Origin: Chloroflexota bacterium
GTDB lineage: Bacteria > Chloroflexota > Anaerolineae > Aggregatilineales > J027
Reading direction: 5' to 3'
Assembly (NCBI GenBank): GCA_016234595.1
Contig: JACRBG010000047.1
Span: 1,269 to 65,268 of the forward strand
DNA: 64,000 bases
Shown: positions 1 through 7,878 of the stretch, piece by piece
Position numbering within the stretch: position 1 is the stretch's first letter
How the letters are laid out: every line of letters starts with the position of its first letter
Translations under genes and position numbers: made by a program
The notes under the pieces: generated by a model
What the model was told of the DNA's origin: nothing
What the model saw: only the letters and a program-made list of their open reading frames with translations
Databases searched by the model: none

Positions 1-734
1 AACGAAGCGGTAATGACATAGCCAAAATAATAATAGCTTATCGCATAGCCCGCCATCCATGGGTCTTTGGGGGGGAAGGTTGCTGAGTTACGCACCCCGT
101 TGATAAAGGCCATTTCCATCGGTTTTTCGGTGGAGTTGATTTCGGGGTTATGGGCCTGCACAAAAGCCCAGATAATCATCGCGCCTAGAAAGAGTACCTC
201 AGTAAAAATAATCAGGGGCAGGTGTTCGCGTAGCCATTCACGAAGTTCAGGCCCAGAAGGGCGGTCTGACCAGCGAAGCCATGCGACCAAACTTAACACC
301 ATCACCAAGACCCATGCAAAGACCATGCCACCAATTTCATTGCGCAGGACGCCGATGCTGGCTAGAAACCAAAATAGATACCCAGTTAACATCAATCCGG
401 CGGCGCGGGCCAGCGTATAACCCCTATCCGATAGGCCGGACATGAGGCGAAACATCAAGGGGAAAATGGCCGCACCTGCTAATGTGACCAAGAGCCACCA
501 GACCAAGACATCGCCTAGTTCGCGCCCCGCCCAATTGGTGAATAGCTCCCAACGCACATGATGGATTTTTGGAATGATGCCATCTAAATAGAACCAGCCA
601 AAATAGGCAGCGATGGCAACGAGCAAGGCCGCAGTCGGAATTAGCCACAGCAGCCATAGCCATGCGATGGACGAACCAGCCTCTCGGCGTGGACGGGGTT
701 CAGTTGATTTTGATTGCTGAACGATTTGTGCCAT
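1..734 (-). CDS. Chlor_Arch_YYY / DUF2298-family polytopic membrane protein, N-terminal fragment (continues past window start)
   Basis: Hand translation of minus strand from ATG 734 gives MAQIVQQSKSTEPRPRREAG...TEKPMEMAFINGVRNSATFPPKDPWMAGYAISYYYFGYVITAS, open to base 1. Absent from the ORF track because it is truncated. Motif parallels KPMDFAYLNGILRSTTFPPIDPWFTGGYINYYYWGW in the 2373-aa neighbour, 21 nt away. Confidence 0.7.
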   Translation of the reverse strand, partial: MAQIVQQSKSTEPRPRREAGSSIAWLWLLWLIPTAALLVAIAAYFGWFYLDGIIPKIHHVRWELFTNWAGRELGDVLVWWLLVTLAGAAIFPLMFRLMSGLSDRGYTLARAAGLMLTGYLFWFLASIGVLRNEIGGMVFAWVLVMVLSLVAWLRWSDRPSGPELREWLREHLPLIIFTEVLFLGAMIIWAFVQAHNPEINSTEKPMEMAFINGVRNSATFPPKDPWMAGYAISYYYFGYVITAS

Positions 735-755
735 TCAGTTTCTTATCCCATGATA

Positions 756-3700
756 TTAGGGTGTGACTTTGCCAAAAATCTGTTGGGGGGTGGTTAAATC
801 ATCCACAGTGCGGATGTCGGACACCACCCGATAAATCTTATCGGTACTGATATGATCGGGTGGACATTGGGCTACATCCCGAATATCGGGCATGACGCAC
901 ACCGGATTTTGATAGACGACTTCGAGCAAGCCCATGTTGACCATCTGGTCAAATTTGGCGATGCCCAGCGATTGATGCTGTTTAAAGCCATCGGGGTCAT
1001 TGCGGAAGTCGCGATATTGGATGCGTTCCAATGTGCCGACCACGATATATTCAGCGTGATAGAAGCGAATCAAATCCCACGCGGTTTGAATATCGGTGGT
1101 GGTGTAGAAGGCTTGCACATTATTGGCCCGATTCCAGACCATGTTGTTGAGCAGATTAATGTTGCGCTGTTGCCGCTGATGGAAATTCCAGCCTAAAATG
1201 GTGGGTAGGCCTGTATAGATACTAATGCGGCTACCCCACCGATATTCGCTCAACTGAGCTTCAATGATGGTTGGACTGCCTTGCACATTATCTTGCATCC
1301 ACCGAATCAACTGATAGTCGCCCTTGAGATTGAACCAAACACTGGTGGTTTGATCCTGCGGGTCGGCATATTCCCCATGAGGGGCTACTTCCATATAGGC
1401 TATGCCATCAAGGGTCAGAGGTGTTTCTTTGCTATTCATGCGGTCAAGGAAACGCGCTTGGGTCGCCATAATGGGGTAGAGGAGGGCGATGCTGAGCAAA
1501 ATGGCGGTGGCGGTTTGCCAGACCCCGCGTGTCATGATATTCCATTTTTCAGCGGCCCGGATGAGCCATGCTAGGCCCACCCCGCTGGCGATGCTGAACA
1601 ATAACCATGCTTGAATGTAGAATTTGAATACGGTGTTTTGGCGGCCAATATCACCTTCCAACACGACCATTTCGACGGCCATAGTCAAGGCGAGGGCGAG
1701 GGCTGCAATGGTATAGATGGCGCGTTCAACGGCGCTTTGACCGGGGAGCAGGAACAAGAAAATGCACCATGCAAAGAGAGGTAGGGCGGCGATAAACACG
1801 CGATATTCCCCAAAGACTCCCATGACCAAGGTCACCAACAGAACGGCAGGCAAAAATAGCAAGCCAGCCATTGCCGCCAATCCATAATGGCGTAGCTCGG
1901 CAACTTTATGCGCCTTGAGCCAGCGGATGGTTTGCCACAACAATAGCGAGAACAAGATAAACAGGAATACGCCGTGAATATCTACATAGGCCCACAGCGG
2001 GGTTTTATCGCTTTCCCACGGCAAGATTTTGCCATAGGCGGTGGCGAAAAATCGTTCATAGGGGTAGATGGCGATGAGGCTAAACGACCCAAAGGCCACT
2101 AATGACCCAATCCAGCCGAGGATGCCACGCCGATCAAAACGATTACCCATCAGTACCATAGCCGCGATATAGAGCACGACGACGGCCCCAATCGCCCCGA
2201 AGCCCCACAGCGCGATACTATTGATACTGATTTTGGGTTTCAATAGGCCATCGCAGGCCGGGGGAATTTGCGACTGTAAAATATCTTCGGGCAAGGATTG
2301 GCAATAGGTGGGAACGATGCCTTGCTCTAGTTTGCTTTCATAACTACGATTTTCGTAGAGATATAGCCCGCTACGGAGCATCATGCCTAGCGGGATGACC
2401 AATAACAAGGGCCACAGCGATAGGATGTTGCGTAAATCTAATAGGCTTTGTAGGCGATAGTAGGGTCGAACGGGTTGGACATCGCCCCTCAAACGACCCT
2501 GACCTAACCACGCCGCAAAAGTGAGACCCACTACGGTAATCCCCATATAAGTCGGCCAGTCCCATGTATTGGTGGGTTTGAGCAAGCCGACTACCAAGCC
2601 GAGCAGTAGCATGGCAAAAAATGATGTGATTGGCCCGCGCAAACCATGTCCTGCACCAAAAATCTCACCCATGACCAATAACAATACCAACAGCGTCATC
2701 GGCATGGCGACCATATGGGCGTGCAGGTCGGCATAAAGGAAGGTGAAATAGGGCATTTCGTTGATAGCATTGTGCCCGCGCTGTTCTGGAATATCCCCGA
2801 TAACACGGGTTGGCCCCCAATACCAACGGTTGGACGCTTGGGGCATGGGTTCGCCATCTAAAACTTTCGGCAAGCCCTCTTGGAAACCATCTAGCCACGA
2901 GGAGGATTTGTCGAACTCGAACTTAATTTCATCGAGCAGATTATAGTCTTCTGCAGCCTTGCGCAAATCGGCGTCTTCATTGACATCCGGCAGGCGACCA
3001 TTTTCGGCTTGGAAGTCGGCGACGGCTTTGTCATACCGTACAGTGCTGAGAATTTGGGGGCCACCCCAACCACCAGCCCGTGCCACCCCATTACCAAAAA
3101 CGCGCACTGTGTCCAGATTACCAAGGATGACGGTCAACATTAAGGCTGCCACCCCGGCGATATAGGCATTACCAAGGGGGCCATGCGCCTCGCGTGATTT
3201 CGGTTCCTTGTGACGGCGCTCGTTGTTCCATTGCACAATATTATAGGCGACGCTGAATGCCCCAATGCCTGTCATGGCAAAGACGGTCGGGACAGCAAGG
3301 TTATAGCCAATGGAAGGAATAATCCCCAGCGCTTTGATGGGCGCACCAACCAGCACCCAGCCCCAATAATAATAATTGATGTAGCCGCCCGTAAACCAAG
3401 GATCAATGGGTGGGAAGGTGGTGCTGCGGAGGATGCCATTCAGATAGGCAAAGTCCATTGGCTTTTCACCACCGAGGTTTTGATGCCACAGGTCAGGATT
3501 GCCCAGCCGCACCCCAATCAACAAGATGAACAGGCCGAGCGAGATACCTTCGACAATCAGCAGATGGCGGTGGCGCTCACGGATGAAGGCAAGAAGCTCA
3601 TGACGTTTCCAGACCGCTATGACCGCGTTGATGGCAGCGAGTAGTAGAATCAAGCCTAATAATCCGCGCTGATTCCACGTCTTGAAACCGAGCGAACTGC

Positions 3701-6700
3701 TAAACCACGAGGCCCACGCTACGAGAATCCAGCCAAGTAGCTTGCCCACCCCAAAACCACGATCTGGCAGGCCGGGGAATAGTAAGGCCAACATGGGCAA
3801 AACCATCCAGCCAATTGCCACCATAAGCAACCACCAAACGATTACTCCAATCACCTGATATTTGTTGAGGATGGAGTCACGGTGGAACATCTCTGACCAT
3901 GTGCCACCTTCGCGTTGGGTCGCTTGTTGCCGCTGTGGAATTTGCAAGGCGGTGGGACTTTGGGTGGCGTCAAACGCATCCCATTTGACCACATTGATGG
4001 GCTCAGCATCGGTCAGCAACGCCCCATAGGCTTCGTCGGCACGACGTAGTTCAACATCCAAAATCGCGGCGGCTTTTTCGGTTGAATACTCCTCGGTCTT
4101 GCGGAATATGAATACCGCTGGATGGTCATAGACGTGAAAGGCTTCTTCGGCCTCGAATTCATTGCGCCAATTCGGCGGCCAATCGTTTTGGGTCGGCAAT
4201 ACTTCGTCGGGCCATTCAAACGGGCCAACTTGGGCATAGGACGTGAATGACTCGACTAATTCTAGGCCTAACTCACCAGAGAAAAGGGCTTCATAGTAGC
4301 GGTTGGTCATGGGCCAGCGCGACGGGATACGCGACAGGGTGTCATAAAAACGGTTGCTGGAAATGGTGAAATAATCCCCAATATCCAGATAGTGCAGCAG
4401 CAAATCGCGTTTTTGTTCGACATCATCCCATTCGCCAATATGCGTCTCGACCCCTAGATAATGCGAGCCATAGGGATCAATGCCGGGGTCAACAATATCG
4501 CAGAGACCTGAGGCGTTGTCGCTGGCATAGGTCACGTTGGAGGGGAGGGGGCAGACTTTGGTAGGTACAGGGTCATCCCACGGCAATTCTGTCACGACCA
4601 ACTGACCAAACACCCCTAAGAAATCATCTGGCACCACCACTAATTTATAGGGTTGGCCCTTTTTGACCGGGAATGGTTCGGGAAACTCAATGGTTGCAGG
4701 CACGCCGAAAGCCCGATGGCCGTCGTCAACCATATTGAAATTGCCTGTGACTTGTCCACTGGTTTGTAGTCCGGTGGTGTCATCTACCAGCAGCACTCGC
4801 ATGGTTTCAGGATCGGGGTCAGCAATCGGATCGCCGATGTGGGGCATCTCGATCCGTTCAATCACGCCATCGGAGTTCGATAGGAAACTATATTCTTGAC
4901 GAGACCCCGCACTGAAATAAGCTACATTGGAAAGTTCGTCCAAGACGGGTAAATCGAGGTCTTGAATGTTGAGGCTGTCTTGGATGGGGTCATGTAGATA
5001 GACCGAGACATGCGACGGATTAATTGGCAAGATCGAATCGGGGATATTGGCCGAGAGCATAATTGGGCCACCCTGTTCGGCTGTGATGACGACCTCATAG
5101 GTAATTGGCGTGACCGAGTCAATTGTTGCGGGCAGGACGAGGGATGGTTCAAATTTCAGACTATATTCGGTGCCAAACTCACCCCCGGCGGCATTCAAGT
5201 CGGAATTGATGGTTTGTTCACCCAACAATACGCGGCCTTGAACCGTGTCGTTTGACCAAATTTGAACCGAGACCACTTCAGGGTCGGGGTCACGATTGGG
5301 ATCGCCTAAACGATGCAGCACCACACTCATCAATTCTGAATTGGTGCTGAGGACGAGCTCCAGTGTTTTAGATTCCCCCTGCTCGATATGGACGATTTGG
5401 GGGAACAGGGCAGTTGGATAGATGCCCACATTAATCATGCGTTCCGTGCCATCATCGCGCTTGACCCACAAGCCAAAATCGCCGGGGACAAATTCTTGGA
5501 AATAGCGTGAGGCGGCCACGCGAGTTAATTCGTGCCGATAGATACTGGTGAAGGCATAGCCATAAACTGCCGTATAACCTGTGACCACCGCGAGTGTTAG
5601 CGTGGAGGCGCCAAAAGCAAGGCGGCGGAAGGTGGTGGGTTTGGTTTTGACGCGGCGATAGGAAATCGAAATGGCTTCCCACAGCACCCAACTTGCCAGC
5701 AGGGTCAGAACGGCATAAATCGGCAAGAAATAGCGCATGGTCGTGACCCAATTTTTGCCAAAATAGCCAAAATAGACGACAGCCCATGCGACCGGAATTG
5801 CCAAACGTGTCCAGTTGGGTTGGCGGCGCAAAATACTGACGATGGCCCAAATGACCCCAGCAACGGCGGATAGGCCAAGCAGAACACCTAAGCCGTATAA
5901 CACAATGTTTTGCAGGGGGAATAGGTATGGCACACGGTTCGCCCATTGATGATTGGGGGGTGAATCGCTTTTACCCGATACCTGACCCTTCACTTCGGCG
6001 AGATCATCTTGCCAATATTTGTTGATGCTAAGGTTATAGATATGTGGCCCGTTGAAGGCGTGTGGCTGCAAAACCCGGAAAGCGATAATGGTCAAGACGG
6101 CTGCCAAAATCAGGCCGACCATAAAGCGGGCGACCTGTTGCTGACGTTCAAAGTGGATGGCACGGCGATCAAGGGTAAATAGGCCCCGAATAATGACGGC
6201 TAGAAGCACAAGGCCAAGCAGCGGAGCGACATTGATTCGTCCGGCGAGAGATGCCCCAAAGGCAAGACCAAAGCCAGCATAATCTTGCAGACCAACCACA
6301 TTAGCCCCGGCGATAATTGTTCCTAATACCAGCGAGGCAAAAAAGCCTTCAACTGAAATCGTCCCATCAATAAGGGCGGCGGCACTCCATACAGCCAACA
6401 AAATCAGGAGGAACACAATGATGACCAGTTGCGTGGGGTATTGGGTTGAGGTGGGTTTTAGCTGGCGAATGATGGAGCTAATAAAGGCCAGCAGTACAAA
6501 AAAGACCAGATAGACCGCAAGGGGGGTGAGTTTGGGGGTGTCATAATGGGCCAATCCATCAAATACCCACAATCCATAAGCTGCCGCGATCCATGTCCAA
6601 AAGCCAGTATAACCACCTAATGAGTGGACGCCGCTCACCCAGAGCAGCATCAGTACAACAGCTACAAAAGCGGTGGCAATGGCCCCGAACCAGCCAATAA

Positions 6701-7877
6701 TGCCTGTCAACGCCAGAATGAACAACACAATCACGCTGACAGCAAAAGTGATCATTTCAAGTCCAGTGCGACGCTGCTCGGCGGTCAGACTGCTAACGAA
6801 GCCTATCGTCAGTAGGACACCAAGATAAACCAGTAGCGGCACATAAAATTGGGTGTCGTAACTGGCAAGGTCGTGCAGCCACTTGGTATCGGTCTGCTGG
6901 GCCACGATCTCCCAAATCCAAATAGCAATCGCGCCAACAACCCAAGGCAAGGCTGCAAACCGTTGCCGATAGGCATTGCTGTTGTCTAGCACCAAAACAG
7001 CAAAATAAATGGTCAGTACCACCCAGAATGAGGTGAAAACGTCGGCTGTCCAAAAATGGCTTTGTTGGATGGGGAAGGCGGCAAAGGCATAAAAACCTGC
7101 TGCGAATAGGCCGACCCACCGATTAAACAGTCGTGCCCCAATAAGGAAAATTAGCAAAATGGTCAGCGTATCGGCCACAGAACTGGCGGCTCGACCAACT
7201 AATTGAACGGCGTTATAGCTTGACCAATAACCATCCCCGGTCAAGTCATTATAAATTTCGGCCCAGATACGGGTGTTGAAAGCTGGAAATTCACCGTAGA
7301 CATAAAAACCATACCCTACATTGTGTGGGTTAAGATTTGAGCAAGCCGTATCAAAATAGCCCCCTTTACCCGTTCTGGCATAGGCATCCGCTTGATCTTC
7401 AGGCGACATGGCATTAAGGACATCCGGCGGGGGTAAGGGATATTTTTTATCGCAAGCCGCTTTAGTTGCGACGGTATCCCCTTGCGTCATACGGAGAGGG
7501 GATTCGCCGTGAATTTCGCTAGCTACTTGAGATAAGAAACGTTCATCGGGATGCAAATGGGTATAGTCGTCCCAATTTCGCCCAACTGAACGCATCCAAT
7601 AGCCTGCCGCCATCAGCGCCACCAAAATTAGGGCACAGGCGACATCTTGCCAAGGGATTTTGACCATACCCCATTCATAGGAACGCCGTGTTAAGGCAGC
7701 TTGTTCCTCAGAAGGCCGAGGTTGGGCTACCTCGTCTGGATTGAGGGTAGGGGTATAGGCCAAGCCAGTATCACCCTCATCAATAAGGGCGGGTTCGGGC
7801 GGGGCGACAGGGTATTCTAGTTCCGGTTCGAAGCCGGGTTCAATTGGAAATCGGTTTTCAGCGTCGGTCATGGGCAT
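756..7877 (-). CDS. Giant 2373-aa polytopic membrane protein: N-terminal GT-C/PMT-like module, duplicated soluble module, C-terminal Chlor_Arch_YYY (DUF2298) module
   Basis: Uninterrupted 7122-nt ORF with a 1-nt gap to the upstream gene stop and dozens of hydrophobic helices. N-module has the first-loop motif LHPDERFLSQV. Centre has two GDPxxDPDPE modules. C-module has EKPMDFAYLNG...GGYINYYYWGW (YYY codons at 3366-3374) and the tail GWNFHQRQQR...YIVVGTLERIQY. Confidence 0.85.
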   Translation of the reverse strand: MPMTDAENRFPIEPGFEPELEYPVAPPEPALIDEGDTGLAYTPTLNPDEVAQPRPSEEQAALTRRSYEWGMVKIPWQDVACALILVALMAAGYWMRSVGRNWDDYTHLHPDERFLSQVASEIHGESPLRMTQGDTVATKAACDKKYPLPPPDVLNAMSPEDQADAYARTGKGGYFDTACSNLNPHNVGYGFYVYGEFPAFNTRIWAEIYNDLTGDGYWSSYNAVQLVGRAASSVADTLTILLIFLIGARLFNRWVGLFAAGFYAFAAFPIQQSHFWTADVFTSFWVVLTIYFAVLVLDNSNAYRQRFAALPWVVGAIAIWIWEIVAQQTDTKWLHDLASYDTQFYVPLLVYLGVLLTIGFVSSLTAEQRRTGLEMITFAVSVIVLFILALTGIIGWFGAIATAFVAVVLMLLWVSGVHSLGGYTGFWTWIAAAYGLWVFDGLAHYDTPKLTPLAVYLVFFVLLAFISSIIRQLKPTSTQYPTQLVIIVFLLILLAVWSAAALIDGTISVEGFFASLVLGTIIAGANVVGLQDYAGFGLAFGASLAGRINVAPLLGLVLLAVIIRGLFTLDRRAIHFERQQQVARFMVGLILAAVLTIIAFRVLQPHAFNGPHIYNLSINKYWQDDLAEVKGQVSGKSDSPPNHQWANRVPYLFPLQNIVLYGLGVLLGLSAVAGVIWAIVSILRRQPNWTRLAIPVAWAVVYFGYFGKNWVTTMRYFLPIYAVLTLLASWVLWEAISISYRRVKTKPTTFRRLAFGASTLTLAVVTGYTAVYGYAFTSIYRHELTRVAASRYFQEFVPGDFGLWVKRDDGTERMINVGIYPTALFPQIVHIEQGESKTLELVLSTNSELMSVVLHRLGDPNRDPDPEVVSVQIWSNDTVQGRVLLGEQTINSDLNAAGGEFGTEYSLKFEPSLVLPATIDSVTPITYEVVITAEQGGPIMLSANIPDSILPINPSHVSVYLHDPIQDSLNIQDLDLPVLDELSNVAYFSAGSRQEYSFLSNSDGVIERIEMPHIGDPIADPDPETMRVLLVDDTTGLQTSGQVTGNFNMVDDGHRAFGVPATIEFPEPFPVKKGQPYKLVVVPDDFLGVFGQLVVTELPWDDPVPTKVCPLPSNVTYASDNASGLCDIVDPGIDPYGSHYLGVETHIGEWDDVEQKRDLLLHYLDIGDYFTISSNRFYDTLSRIPSRWPMTNRYYEALFSGELGLELVESFTSYAQVGPFEWPDEVLPTQNDWPPNWRNEFEAEEAFHVYDHPAVFIFRKTEEYSTEKAAAILDVELRRADEAYGALLTDAEPINVVKWDAFDATQSPTALQIPQRQQATQREGGTWSEMFHRDSILNKYQVIGVIVWWLLMVAIGWMVLPMLALLFPGLPDRGFGVGKLLGWILVAWASWFSSSLGFKTWNQRGLLGLILLLAAINAVIAVWKRHELLAFIRERHRHLLIVEGISLGLFILLIGVRLGNPDLWHQNLGGEKPMDFAYLNGILRSTTFPPIDPWFTGGYINYYYWGWVLVGAPIKALGIIPSIGYNLAVPTVFAMTGIGAFSVAYNIVQWNNERRHKEPKSREAHGPLGNAYIAGVAALMLTVILGNLDTVRVFGNGVARAGGWGGPQILSTVRYDKAVADFQAENGRLPDVNEDADLRKAAEDYNLLDEIKFEFDKSSSWLDGFQEGLPKVLDGEPMPQASNRWYWGPTRVIGDIPEQRGHNAINEMPYFTFLYADLHAHMVAMPMTLLVLLLVMGEIFGAGHGLRGPITSFFAMLLLGLVVGLLKPTNTWDWPTYMGITVVGLTFAAWLGQGRLRGDVQPVRPYYRLQSLLDLRNILSLWPLLLVIPLGMMLRSGLYLYENRSYESKLEQGIVPTYCQSLPEDILQSQIPPACDGLLKPKISINSIALWGFGAIGAVVVLYIAAMVLMGNRFDRRGILGWIGSLVAFGSFSLIAIYPYERFFATAYGKILPWESDKTPLWAYVDIHGVFLFILFSLLLWQTIRWLKAHKVAELRHYGLAAMAGLLFLPAVLLVTLVMGVFGEYRVFIAALPLFAWCIFLFLLPGQSAVERAIYTIAALALALTMAVEMVVLEGDIGRQNTVFKFYIQAWLLFSIASGVGLAWLIRAAEKWNIMTRGVWQTATAILLSIALLYPIMATQARFLDRMNSKETPLTLDGIAYMEVAPHGEYADPQDQTTSVWFNLKGDYQLIRWMQDNVQGSPTIIEAQLSEYRWGSRISIYTGLPTILGWNFHQRQQRNINLLNNMVWNRANNVQAFYTTTDIQTAWDLIRFYHAEYIVVGTLERIQYRDFRNDPDGFKQHQSLGIAKFDQMVNMGLLEVVYQNPVCVMPDIRDVAQCPPDHISTDKIYRVVSDIRTVDDLTTPQQIFGKVTP

Positions 7878-7878
7878 T

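Noticed and set aside
67-663. Track ORFs 67..420 (+, 117 aa) and 424..663 (-, 79 aa) at the window start
   Set aside because: Both are wrong-frame or wrong-strand shadows. A third frame on the minus strand is open from ATG 734 to base 1 and encodes a hydrophobic protein with the YYY-family motif, which explains the region better.
852-7119. Many 60-180 aa ORFs inside or antisense to the 2373-aa gene (for example 852..1196, 3210..3644, 5452..5946, 6793..7119)
   Set aside because: They are embedded in a continuous 7.1-kb ORF with coherent membrane-protein sequence. Their translations are low-complexity or Arg/Pro/Cys-rich, as is typical of off-frame reads. The same reasoning applies to antisense ORFs in other long genes (9756..10166, 27313..27774, 29987..30391, 49982..50434, 55719..56255).
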